Part shown: positions 8,802 through 17,289 of the stretch, piece after piece
Numbering within the stretch: the stretch's first letter is position 1
How the letters are laid out: each line of letters starts with the position of its first letter
NCBI GenBank assembly: GCA_007118095.1
Contig: SKSF01000102.1
Location: 531-64,530, forward strand
Reading direction: 5' to 3'
From: Dehalococcoidia bacterium
Lineage (GTDB): Bacteria; Chloroflexota; Dehalococcoidia; Tepidiformales; Tepidiformaceae
Length of the DNA: 64,000 nt
The notes under the pieces: model-generated
Seen by the model: the letters and a program-made list of their open reading frames with translations, nothing else
Told to the model about the DNA's origin: nothing
Database searches by the model: none
Translations under genes and position numbers: made by a program

Positions 8802-8957
8802 CTACGCGGCCTTGTTCTTACCGAAGGGCCAGAACTTCCAGCGGGATGGCTTCTTCTCCTTTTGGAGCTCTTCGGGCGGATCGAATCCGCGCCCGCAGCT
8901 CTGGCAGTAGGCGTACACGTTCAGGTTCTTGGTCCCGCACCATGGGCATTCGCGCAT
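8802..8957 (-). CDS. 51-aa zinc-ribbon mini-protein (CxxC-x10-CxxC) with a basic C-terminal tail
   Basis: Below the track cutoff; translated by hand as MRECPWCGTKNLNVYAYCQSCGRGFDPPEELQKEKKPSRWKFWPFGKNKAA. A double SD (GGAGGTGAAGGAGG) lies upstream. The stop is 8 nt before the GTG of the M28-like gene. Confidence 0.65.
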   Translation of the reverse strand: MRECPWCGTKNLNVYAYCQSCGRGFDPPEELQKEKKPSRWKFWPFGKNKAA

Positions 8958-8979
8958 CACTGACCTCCTTCACCTCCAA

Positions 8980-9008
8980 AGTCTACGCAAAACCTCGCAA
9001 GCTTCGAA
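8980..9008 (-). promoter_or_regulatory. Candidate sigma-70-type promoter for the zinc-ribbon / M28-like operon
   Basis: On the minus strand: TTCGAA, a 17-nt spacer, then TAGACT, about 20 nt upstream of the SD. By-eye match only. Confidence 0.25.
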
Positions 9009-9011
9009 CCG

Positions 9012-10079
9012 CTATTTGAACTTTCGTGCAGCAAGGATGGGCCATTCGTCGACGACCTCGTCGCCGCGAACAACGTGGTAGCGGTCGTGCAGGTTGAGCG
9101 TCGTATCGCCATGACTCGGGACGACCTCGATGCGGTCGCCCGGCCGGAGACTGGCGATCCCCTCGCCAGTCAGGGTCGCATGTTCCTCGGAAAGGCGGGC
9201 AACCTTGACCCCGCCGTCGACGCTGAATGGCGGGCCGAATTCATTCGTGAGCGACTTCATGCCAGCGTCGGCAACGGCATACCGGTCGCGGACACTCAGG
9301 ACGGTCGTGAGGAGCGTCAGCGCGCCCTGGAAGCGCCGGGGAAGTACTTCCTGGTAGCGTCCGTCCATGAAAACGTACGAACCCGCCTGGAGTTCGGTTA
9401 CGTGCGGGTGCGTCGCTGCGATCTCGTGACTGCCGGTCCCGCCAACGGACACGATGCCGGCGGGAAGTCCAGCTTCGGCCAGCGCTTCCACGTGCTCCTG
9501 CACGATGGCGAGGGCAGCTTCCGTCTTTTCGCGGCGCTCCTCCTCGTCGGCGATGAGCACGGCATGGCCTTCGTAGCCCATGATGCCGCGGTACTCGATG
9601 CCGGCGTCGACGAGCGCGCGGGCAAGTTCGACCGTCTCGCGGGGTTCGGCGGTCCCGCAGCGGTGCATGCCGCTATCGACTTCGATGATCGCCGCGGGGC
9701 GCTGCCCGGAACGTTTGGCGCCGTCGGCCAGCTCCTGGATATTGAACGCGGATTCGACCGCGACGGTGATATCGACGCCGCGCGACAGCAACGCCATGAG
9801 CCGATCGATTTTCTGCGGCCCGACAACCTCGTTCGCCATGAGGATGGGGCCGAGCCCGGCGTCCGCCAGGACTTCGGCTTCGCCGAGCTTGGCGACCGTA
9901 ATGCCAATGGCGCCCGCTTCAAGCTGGCGGCGGGCGACTTCGGGACACTTTGGCGTCTTGAAATGGGGACGAAGCGAGGCCGGTTTCCCGGCGAGGAATT
10001 CCGCCATAGTGCGGATGTTGGTCTCGACAGCGTCGAGGTCGAGCAGGAGGGCGGGCGTATCGACGTCGTGCTTGTGCAT
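9012..10079 (-). CDS. PLP-dependent D-threonine aldolase / D-serine dehydratase-like protein (alanine racemase N-terminal fold, DSD1 family)
   Basis: DTPALLLDLDAVETNI..LRPHFKTPKCPEVARRQLEAGAIGITVAKLGEAEVLADAG includes the Lys of the HxK motif. C-terminal beta-domain (RLSEEHATL..GDRIEVVPSHGDTTLNLH). Confidence 0.8.
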   Translation of the reverse strand: MHKHDVDTPALLLDLDAVETNIRTMAEFLAGKPASLRPHFKTPKCPEVARRQLEAGAIGITVAKLGEAEVLADAGLGPILMANEVVGPQKIDRLMALLSRGVDITVAVESAFNIQELADGAKRSGQRPAAIIEVDSGMHRCGTAEPRETVELARALVDAGIEYRGIMGYEGHAVLIADEEERREKTEAALAIVQEHVEALAEAGLPAGIVSVGGTGSHEIAATHPHVTELQAGSYVFMDGRYQEVLPRRFQGALTLLTTVLSVRDRYAVADAGMKSLTNEFGPPFSVDGGVKVARLSEEHATLTGEGIASLRPGDRIEVVPSHGDTTLNLHDRYHVVRGDEVVDEWPILAARKFK

Positions 10080-10118
10080 GCGCGGTATTAGGCCACAGAC
10101 GCACGCGCTTGTCAGTCG

Positions 10119-11957
10119 TCAGCCGCTGGCCGTGGCGTATTTCGCTCGCTTTGCAGCGCGGGCGCGGGCATTCTCGTCGAGCTGGGCCTTCCGGATGCGG
10201 ATGGCTTTTGGCGTCACCTCGACCAATTCGTCATCGCCGATGAGCGAAAGGCTGCCTTCCAGGCTCGGGGGAGCCGGGGGCGTCAGCTTCACGGCAATGT
10301 CGGCCGTCGAACTGCGGATGTTCGTGAGCTTCTTCGCCTTGCAGACATTGACGGACAGGTCGTTCTCGCGGCTGTGGAGGCCCACGACCATACCCGCGTA
10401 GACCTCGTGCCCGGGTTCGATAAAGAGCGTGCCACGTTCCTGCGCGTTGGCGATGCCGAAGGCAAGCGCCGAACCGGTATCGGACGCCACCAGCGCGCCG
10501 TTGCGGGCGCGGGTGATAGGCCCGGACCACGGCCGGTAGCCGATCTGCTCGGTATTCATGATGCCTTCGCCGGCCGTCTGCGTGATGAACGTGTCGCGAT
10601 AGCCGATGAGGCCGCGAGTTGGGATCTCGAATTCGAGCCGGACGTCGCCGTCGTGGTCGCTGTGCATACCGATGAGGCGCGCCTTGCGGCCGGAGAGCGA
10701 CTCGATGAGCGTCCCGGTCGCCGCCTCTGGCGCTTCGATGAACAGCCGTTCATAGGGCTCTTCGACCCCGGATTCGCCCTGGCGCAGGATGACCTCGGGC
10801 CTGCTGACGGCGAATTCGTAGCCTTCGCGACGCATCGTTTCGACAAGGATGGCCAGGTGGAGCTCGCCGCGGCCGCTGACGACGAAGGACTCGGCCGAAT
10901 CACCGTCTTCGACGCGCAGCGCAACATTCGTCTCGACTTCGCGGAAGAGGCGTTCGCGGAGCTGCCGGCTTGTTACGTACTGTCCATCGCGGCCGGCAAA
11001 GGGGGAATCGTTCACGCGGAAGGTCATCTTGAGCGCGGGCTGCTCGACGGTGATAGGGGGAAGTGGTTCGGCGCCTTCGAGCTGGGCAATCGTCTCGCCG
11101 ATCTGGATCTCCGGGATGCCGGTCACGGCCACGATGTCGCCCGCGCTAGCTTCGGCGAGTTCGACGCGACCGAGGCCGCGGAAGCCATAGAGCTGGGCCA
11201 CGCGGTATTGCGACGGCTGGCCATCACGGTCGAAGCGCAGCACGTCCTGGCCGGTGCGGACGACGCCATCGCGGATGCGGCCAACAGCCGTACGGCCGCG
11301 GTAGTTGTCGTACTGGAGCGTCGTCGCAAGCATACGGAACGGGGTCGTGTCGTCGGCTGTGGGAGGCGGAGTGTGCGACAGGATGGTCTCGAAGAGCGGT
11401 TCCATCGTCCCCGATGTCGCGCCGGGCTCGAGCGACGCATAGCCGTCCCGCGCGTTGGCATAAACGACGGGGAAATCGAGCTGGTGATCCTCGGTCGCCA
11501 GGTCGAGGAAAAGGTCCTGGGTGGCGCTCACGACCTCGTCGATGCGAGCGTTGGGGCGGTCGATCTTGTTGACGACGACGATGGCGTGGAGGCCAATCTC
11601 GAGCGCCTTGCGCAGGACGAACTTGGTCTGTGGCATGGGACCTTCGACCGAGTCGATGAGCAGCAAGCAGCCGTCGGCCATGTTGAGTACCCGCTCAACT
11701 TCGCCGCCGAAATCCGCATGACCGGGGGTATCGAGGATGTTGATCCGTACGCCGCGGTATTCGATCGCAGCGTTCTTGGCCATGATGGTGATGCCCTTTT
11801 CGCGCTCGAGCGGATTCGAGTCGAGAATGAGCGAACCGACCTGCTCGTTTTCGCGGAAGACGTGCGATTGCTTGAGCAGGGCGTCGACAAGCGTGGTTTT
11901 CCCGTGGTCGACGTGGGCGATGATGGCGAGGTTGCGGATGTCGTTACGAACAGTCAT
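10119..11957 (-). CDS. typA: Translational GTPase TypA/BipA
   Basis: [41 protein letters not shown]-like domains and the BipA C-terminal domain. Start set at the ATG at 11957 (MTVRNDIRN) rather than the track's 12071. Confidence 0.95.
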   Translation of the reverse strand: MTVRNDIRNLAIIAHVDHGKTTLVDALLKQSHVFRENEQVGSLILDSNPLEREKGITIMAKNAAIEYRGVRINILDTPGHADFGGEVERVLNMADGCLLLIDSVEGPMPQTKFVLRKALEIGLHAIVVVNKIDRPNARIDEVVSATQDLFLDLATEDHQLDFPVVYANARDGYASLEPGATSGTMEPLFETILSHTPPPTADDTTPFRMLATTLQYDNYRGRTAVGRIRDGVVRTGQDVLRFDRDGQPSQYRVAQLYGFRGLGRVELAEASAGDIVAVTGIPEIQIGETIAQLEGAEPLPPITVEQPALKMTFRVNDSPFAGRDGQYVTSRQLRERLFREVETNVALRVEDGDSAESFVVSGRGELHLAILVETMRREGYEFAVSRPEVILRQGESGVEEPYERLFIEAPEAATGTLIESLSGRKARLIGMHSDHDGDVRLEFEIPTRGLIGYRDTFITQTAGEGIMNTEQIGYRPWSGPITRARNGALVASDTGSALAFGIANAQERGTLFIEPGHEVYAGMVVGLHSRENDLSVNVCKAKKLTNIRSSTADIAVKLTPPAPPSLEGSLSLIGDDELVEVTPKAIRIRKAQLDENARARAAKRAKYATASG

Positions 11958-12089
11958 GCGTGATCCCAGCGTAGCGGGTAGCAGCGTTACGGGACGGGAC
12001 GTCCTGCCCGAATGGGCAGGGCCTTTGCTTTGCCTGTTCCGGGGAGAAGGCCGCACACTGAGGAGAGACAAGCGCGAGGAGGCTGCACA

Positions 12090-12797
12090 ATGAGCCAGGC
12101 GAACGACTTAATCCAGGAACTGATGGCGGGAAAGAAGCCGGACGCCGACGTTGTGCAGCCGGAAAACATCATGCCGTTCGTCATCGAGTCGGACGGGCGG
12201 CGCGAGCGGGCGTACGACATCTATTCGCTATTGCTGAAGGAGCGGATCGTTTTCCTCGGCACGCCCATCGACGCGATGGTCGCGAACGTCATCATTGCGC
12301 AGCTCCTGTACCTGGCCCGCGAAGACGACGAGAAAGACATCATGATGTACATCAACTGCCCGGGCGGCAGTGTGACGGCGGGGCTGGCGATGTACGACAC
12401 GATGCGAATCATCCGGCCGGCGGTCTCCACGGTGTGCATCGGGCTGGCGGCGAGCATGGGCACTGTGTTGCTCACGGCAGGCGAACCGGGCAAGCGCTAC
12501 GCGCTCCCGCATGCGACCGTGCACCTGCACCAGGTCCTTGGTGGCGCACAGGGCCAGGCGTCGGACATCGAAATCCAAGCGCGCGAGACGCTCCGGCTTC
12601 AGCGCCTCCTTCGCAACATTATCCAGGAAACGACACAGCAGCCCATGGAGCGGATCGAACGCGACACTGACCGCGACTTCTGGCTCGACCCGGCAGGTGC
12701 GAAGGAATATGGCCTTATCGACGATATCCTCGACCGACCGGGCAGCGGGTCCATCGCGCACATCAACGGTGCGGGGACCAGTTCGGACACGATCTAA
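12090..12797 (+). CDS. clpP: ATP-dependent Clp protease proteolytic subunit with N- and C-terminal extensions
   Basis: [19 protein letters not shown], catalytic Ser in GLAASMG, His in [10 protein letters not shown], Asp in RDTDRDFWL. The ATG at 12090 follows GAGGAGG. No clpX is adjacent. Confidence 0.93.
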   Translation: MSQANDLIQELMAGKKPDADVVQPENIMPFVIESDGRRERAYDIYSLLLKERIVFLGTPIDAMVANVIIAQLLYLAREDDEKDIMMYINCPGGSVTAGLAMYDTMRIIRPAVSTVCIGLAASMGTVLLTAGEPGKRYALPHATVHLHQVLGGAQGQASDIEIQARETLRLQRLLRNIIQETTQQPMERIERDTDRDFWLDPAGAKEYGLIDDILDRPGSGSIAHINGAGTSSDTI

Positions 12798-12833
12798 CCC
12801 GGGCACCGCTACTTCCCCGGCATGATGACGCGC

Positions 12834-12859
12834 AAGCGGCCTCCTCTGCGAGGCCGCTT
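12834..12859. terminator. Stem-loop between convergent clpP and the DUF2442 pseudogene (terminator-like, no clear U-tract)
   Basis: AAGCGGCCTC-CTCTGC-GAGGCCGCTT gives a perfect 10-bp stem. Confidence 0.4.
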
Positions 12860-12878
12860 ACGCATTCCGGGTCGAGCT

Positions 12879-13145
12879 CTACTTCTCTTGTGATTCGGCT
12901 AATGTGCGCAGGAATTCGGGGGCGAAGTTTGCCCCATTGGGCCACGTGATCGTGCGAGCCTCACTGTCGAAACGCCCTTGCTGTAAGTACCCGTGGTCGC
13001 GCAGGCTTCGAAAACGCCGTTTGCGAGGTGCCTGAGAAGATCGACGTCGCCCTCGTATCCATCGGCGACGTGGACATGGAGCCGATACCAGGCAGTGGAC
13101 GCGCATCGATCAGATGGAGCCGCTGCGGATAGGGCCCCGGACCAA
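12879..13145 (-). pseudogene. DUF2442-family gene disrupted by two frameshifts
   Basis: A hand translation across three frames reconstitutes ..RLHLIDARPLPG / YRLHVHVADGYEGDVDLLRHLANGVFEA / LRDHGYLQQGRFDSEARTITWPNGANFAPEFLRTLAESQEK. This is the typical DUF2442 pattern (..v.F.DG....vDl..l..G.vFe.Lrd...F.qv.vd...gti.WpnG.d..Pe.L). No single frame is open across it. Confidence 0.65.
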
Positions 13146-13281
13146 TCAGGTCAGCGGGTTGATTCGCCTGAGCGGCTTGTCGTTCTGTGCTGCTTCCCAT
13201 AGCTCCAGTAGCTCCTCCCGGTGCAGCATCACCCATTCAGCTGCGAGATTGGCGGCGCGCCTCGGGCTGACCTCTGGAACA
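13146..13281 (-). pseudogene. C-terminal remnant of a DUF4160-family gene (N-terminus missing, abuts the serS stop)
   Basis: One frame reads ..DVPEVSPRRAANLAAEWVMLHREELLELWEAAQNDKPLRRINPLT*. This resembles the C-terminal helix region of DUF4160, the usual partner of DUF2442. No start codon or HxH-containing N-terminal half remains. Confidence 0.45.
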
Positions 13282-14556
13282 TCAGGGGGCGGAGATGCGA
13301 TCCGTCTTCATATAGGGCTGTAGCGCTTCGGGAACGAGGATGCTGCCGTCAGCCTGCTGGTAGTTTTCCATCACAGCGATGAGGGTGCGGACGAGGCCCA
13401 GACCGGACGCGTTGAGCATGTGGGGGTGGCGCGGTGACGCGCCTTCCTCCGGCCGGTAGCGCACGTTCGCGCGGCGCGCCTGGAAGTCGAGCGTGTTGGA
13501 CGCAGAACTGACTTCGAGCCACTCCTGTCCACCCGGGGACCAGACCTCGATGTCGTACGTCTTCGTGGCGTTAAAGCCGACATCGGCGGAGCATAGCTCC
13601 AGCACGCGATAGGGCAGGTTGAGCGCCTCCGGCAATGCGCGGGCGCGCCGGACAAGGAGGTCGAGCTCCGCCTCGCTCTGTTCCGGCTCGCAATAGATGA
13701 ACATCTCGACCTTCTCGAACTGGTGGACGCGCTTTATGCCGCGGACGTCACGGCCCGCGCTCATCTTCTCGCGGCGAAAGCAGGGGGTGTGGCCGGTCAC
13801 GCGCAGCGGCAGCACACCTGGCGGGATGATCTCGTCACGGTAGAGGTTGACGAATGCGACTTCCGCCGTGGGGATGAAGAAGTAGTCTTCTTCGCCGTCG
13901 AAATAAAGGTTGTCGCGGAACTTGGGAAGCTGTCCGGAAGCGTAGAGCGACGCTTCCGTGAGCATGTAGGGCAGGTAGTGCTCTTCGAAGCCCTCGGCGG
14001 TGTGCGAGTCCAGCATCCACTGGATGAGGGCGCGGTGAAGGCGAGAGATGCCGTTGCGCATGACGAAGAAGCGGCTACCCGACATCTTTACGCCACGCTC
14101 GAAATCGATGCCACGCAGGGCCTCCGCAAGCTCCCAGTGGGGCTTTGGATCGAAGTCGAAGGAGGGCAGGTCGCCGGACGTTTCGACCACTACGTTGCTG
14201 GATTCGTCGTCGCCATCGGGGACAGAGGGGTCAAGGATGTTGGGGACCTCGGAGAGCGCTTCATTGAGGTCGTGTTCCACCTGGCGCAGCTGTTCTTCGC
14301 GGCCTTCGAGCCGGTCGCCAAGCTCCCGCATCTCGGCGATGCGCCGATTGCGCTCTTCTTCGTCTTTGGTCTTCCCTATTTCCTTGCTGGCGGTGTTGCG
14401 TTCGGCGCGCATCGCCTCGACCTCCTTGATGAGGTCGCGGCGCTGGTTGTCGAGTTCGAGGACGCGGTCGACCGGGGCTTCGCTGCGGCGGCGAGCAATG
14501 TCGTTCCGGACGCGGTCTTCGTTCTCGCGGATGAACTGGGCGGAAAGCATCCTCAA
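13282..14556 (-). CDS. serS: Seryl-tRNA synthetase
   Basis: 424 aa. N-terminal coiled-coil arm, then class II motifs (FRREKMSAGRDVRGIKRVHQFEKVE; TYDIEVWSPGGQEWLEVSSASN; LNASGLGLVRTLIAVMENYQ). Confidence 0.96.
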   Translation of the reverse strand: MRMLSAQFIRENEDRVRNDIARRRSEAPVDRVLELDNQRRDLIKEVEAMRAERNTASKEIGKTKDEEERNRRIAEMRELGDRLEGREEQLRQVEHDLNEALSEVPNILDPSVPDGDDESSNVVVETSGDLPSFDFDPKPHWELAEALRGIDFERGVKMSGSRFFVMRNGISRLHRALIQWMLDSHTAEGFEEHYLPYMLTEASLYASGQLPKFRDNLYFDGEEDYFFIPTAEVAFVNLYRDEIIPPGVLPLRVTGHTPCFRREKMSAGRDVRGIKRVHQFEKVEMFIYCEPEQSEAELDLLVRRARALPEALNLPYRVLELCSADVGFNATKTYDIEVWSPGGQEWLEVSSASNTLDFQARRANVRYRPEEGASPRHPHMLNASGLGLVRTLIAVMENYQQADGSILVPEALQPYMKTDRISAP

Positions 14557-15083
14557 GCCTCCAGTGCTGCTGCTGCATCGAGCGCCCGAACGCCGAGCAG
14601 GCGCACGTCTTCGGCCACGTCGACGAGCGTACCACCGGGCTCAGGGAGGGAGAATTGTTGGAGGAGCTCATCGCGGGCGACCCAGCGGTGAGCCCCATGC
14701 GGGATCGGCGCGTCGAAGTCGACGCGCTGCCGGGCGAGCGTGAAGTAGACGTGGTCGATGTGCTGATGGAAGGGCTGGTCCGGACGCACGATGTCTTCGA
14801 CGAGAATGACGGCCGGGGGCGGAAGGACCTTTGGCCCCGAGCACTGGATGAGGTCAGGTGGCGGAATGACATCCACATCGACTCCGGATTCTTCGAACGC
14901 TTCGCGCTCGGCGCCCTGGACAGGGTCTTCGTTAGGCTCGCAGTGCCCACCGGGGGGCAGCCACATCCGAAGGCGGTCGTGCCAGAGGAGCAGGGTCCGC
15001 GCCTGGCTCACGACGTAGGCTGTGGCGGTGTGGTGCCGTTCGAGGACACCTTCGATCGCCTGGTGCCGTTCTGCCGCGGTCAT
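14553..15083 (-). CDS. Nudix hydrolase
   Basis: Complete Nudix box GHCEPNEDPVQGAEREAFEESGV (Gx5Ex7REUxEExGU). 4-nt overlaps with lysS upstream and serS downstream. Confidence 0.85.
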   Translation of the reverse strand: MTAAERHQAIEGVLERHHTATAYVVSQARTLLLWHDRLRMWLPPGGHCEPNEDPVQGAEREAFEESGVDVDVIPPPDLIQCSGPKVLPPPAVILVEDIVRPDQPFHQHIDHVYFTLARQRVDFDAPIPHGAHRWVARDELLQQFSLPEPGGTLVDVAEDVRLLGVRALDAAAALEA

Positions 15084-16549
15084 GACTTCTCGCTGCGCAA
15101 CTGCGGAAACAGGATGACATCGCGGATGGTCGACTGGCCGGCCAGGATCATCACGAGCCGGTCGATCCCCACGCCGAGGCCCCCTGTTGGCGGCATGCCA
15201 TGTTCGAGCGCGAAGAGGAAGTCCTCGTCGATGAGCTCGGCCTCTTCGTCGCCGGCGGCGCGCAAGCGGAGCTGTTCTTCGAACCGGGCGCGCTGGTCGA
15301 GTGGGTCGTTGAGCTCTGTATAGGCATTCCCGACTTCGAAGCCGCCGATGAAGACTTCGAAACGCTCAACCAGCCGCGGGTTCTCCGGCTTGCGTTTCGC
15401 GAGGGGCGACAGCTCAACCGGGTAGTCGAGCAGGAAGGTCGGCTGGATGAGGTGCGGCTCCACGTAGTGCGACATCGCTTCGTCGGCGAGCTTCCCATAG
15501 CCGGCCCCATCCGGGATGGGAACACCCCGGCGGCGCAGCTCGGCGGACAGCGACGGTTCGTCGGGGAAGTCTTCGAGGTCGAGGCCGGCATAGTCCTTGA
15601 GCGCAGCGTGGAAGGTCAGGCGCTTCCAGGGCGGCGAGAGGTCGATCTCTTCGCCCTTGAAGGTCACCTTGAGCGAGCCGAGGGCGTCGCGGGCGATGGT
15701 CGTCACCATGTCTTCGACCATCTGCGCGACGTCGTGGTAGTCGGCGTAGGCCTGGTAGGTTTCGAGCATGGTGAACTCGGGATTGTGGCGCGCGTCGAAG
15801 CCTTCGTTGCGAAAGATGCGGCCGAGCTCATACACGCGGTCGAGCCCGCCGACGACGAGCCGCTTGAGATGCAGTTCGAGACTGATGCGCAGATACCGGT
15901 CTTCGCCGAGGGCATTGTGGTGCGTCTGGAAGGGCCGTGCAGCGGCGCCGCCAGCTTCTTCCTGCAGCACAGGAGTCTCAACTTCGAGGAATCCACGGTC
16001 GTCGAGGAAGCGGCGAATGCCGGAGATGAGGCGGCTCCGGGTGGCAAAGACCGTGCGCGTCTCCTCGTTGGACATGAGGTCGAGGTAGCGGCGGCGCTGG
16101 CGGGCCTCGGAATCGGCCAGGCCGTGGTACTTCTCGGGGGGCGCATGCAGTGCCTTCGCGAGCATGGTCCAGCTCTCGGCGCCGATTGTGGGCTGTCCTG
16201 TCCGGGTTCGCATGGGCTTCCCGTGAACACCGACGAAGTCGCCGAGGTCGACGGTCTTGAGATCTTCAAACAGGTCATCGCCGAGCACGTTCCGGCGCAT
16301 GAGCACCTGGATGCGGCCGGTGCCATCGAGGAGGTCGAGGAAGCGTGCTTTCCCCATGTCACGCTGGGCCACGACGCGGCCGGCGATATCGATGGGGTCG
16401 GTTTCGGGTTCGCTTTCAGCGAATGACTCAACCAGGCGCGTCGCGTCGTTTGCGGTGTGCGACCGCTCAACCCGGGGCGGATAGGGGTCGATCCCCTTCT
16501 CGCGGAGCTGGTCGAGCTTTGCGAGGCGGTGGGCCATCAATTCATCCAC
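15080..16549 (-). CDS. lysS: Lysyl-tRNA synthetase, class II
   Basis: OB anticodon-binding domain and class II core (FLEVETPVLQ, YLRISLELHLKRL, RIFRNEG, HNPEFTMLE, GMPPTGGLGVGIDRL). The track start at 16606 overlaps the greA terminator hairpin. I prefer the GTG at 16549 (VDELMAHRLAKL), 10 nt after GGAGG. Confidence 0.93.
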   Translation of the reverse strand: MDELMAHRLAKLDQLREKGIDPYPPRVERSHTANDATRLVESFAESEPETDPIDIAGRVVAQRDMGKARFLDLLDGTGRIQVLMRRNVLGDDLFEDLKTVDLGDFVGVHGKPMRTRTGQPTIGAESWTMLAKALHAPPEKYHGLADSEARQRRRYLDLMSNEETRTVFATRSRLISGIRRFLDDRGFLEVETPVLQEEAGGAAARPFQTHHNALGEDRYLRISLELHLKRLVVGGLDRVYELGRIFRNEGFDARHNPEFTMLETYQAYADYHDVAQMVEDMVTTIARDALGSLKVTFKGEEIDLSPPWKRLTFHAALKDYAGLDLEDFPDEPSLSAELRRRGVPIPDGAGYGKLADEAMSHYVEPHLIQPTFLLDYPVELSPLAKRKPENPRLVERFEVFIGGFEVGNAYTELNDPLDQRARFEEQLRLRAAGDEEAELIDEDFLFALEHGMPPTGGLGVGIDRLVMILAGQSTIRDVILFPQLRSEKS

Positions 16550-16575
16550 GCGATACGAACCTCCATCCGGGACAG

Positions 16576-16601
16576 GAAAGGCCGCCCGGTGGCGGCCTTT
16601 C
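16576..16601 (-). terminator. Terminator hairpin downstream of greA
   Basis: GAAAGGCCGCC-ACCG-GGCGGCCTTTC on the minus strand gives a perfect 11-bp stem, followed by a weak CTTTCCT tract. Confidence 0.6.
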
Positions 16602-16625
16602 GTCAATGCGTTTGCCCGGCCGCGA

Positions 16626-17093
16626 TCAGTCGATTTCGAGCACCTTGATCTTGATGATGCCCCGGGGGGCGCTCACCTCGACCTGGTCACCGACCTGCTT
16701 TCCAATCAGCGCGGCGCCGACCGGGGAATCGTTCGGAATTTTTCCGTTCACGACGTCCGCTTCCGGGGGGCCGACGATCTGATAGTGACGGGTCTTTCCG
16801 TCCTGTTCGACCCTGACGCCGCTGCCAACCACAACACGGGAGCCCTTGTGCGCTTCGTCTTCGTTGATGATGACAGCGCGGCGCAGCAGGTCCTCGATCT
16901 CGAGGATGCGCCCTTCGATGCGGCCCTGGTCGATTTTGGCGTCGTCGTATTCGGCATCGGTCTGGCTCGAGCCGAGTTCGCGAGCGTTGTGGATGCGCTC
17001 GGCGACAACCTTCCGTTCAGCACGCAGCTCGTCGAGCTCGTCGACAAGACGCTGCTTACCTTCAGGCGTGAGAGGAACGGGTTGATCGGGCAT
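16626..17093 (-). CDS. greA: Transcription elongation factor GreA
   Basis: LTPEGKQRLVDELDELR..coiled coil..YDDAKIDQGRIEGRILEIEDLL, C-terminal SPVGAALIGKQVGDQVEV. Start at the ATG at 17093 (MPDQPVPL). Confidence 0.93.
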   Translation of the reverse strand: MPDQPVPLTPEGKQRLVDELDELRAERKVVAERIHNARELGSSQTDAEYDDAKIDQGRIEGRILEIEDLLRRAVIINEDEAHKGSRVVVGSGVRVEQDGKTRHYQIVGPPEADVVNGKIPNDSPVGAALIGKQVGDQVEVSAPRGIIKIKVLEID

Positions 17094-17289
17094 AGTGATC
17101 CTCTGAACAAAGAAGAACCGAGGCGGGTGCCCCGGTTGATTGGCAGTATACCCGCTGGCGAAATTGGCGGGCAATGCTCATAGATGCAGACATGTGGGGC
17201 GAGTGTGTGGTTGTGCTCAGTGATGACGGAAGGATAATCGATGGGATGCGCCCTCAACCTATCGGGAACCTTTTGGGAGACGTGCGCGA

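Noticed and set aside
8876-8900. tRNA T-arm-like sequence GGGCGGATCGAATCCGCGCCC
   Set aside because: No acceptor, D or anticodon arms can be built around it. It lies inside the well-supported zinc-ribbon mini-gene (it encodes ..GRGFDPP.. on the other strand). It is also not a repeat of the tRNA-Asp 3' end.
16550-16606. Track start of lysS at 16606
   Set aside because: Those codons coincide with the 11-bp terminator hairpin that follows greA. A GGAGG-preceded GTG at 16549 gives a normal LysRS N-terminus.
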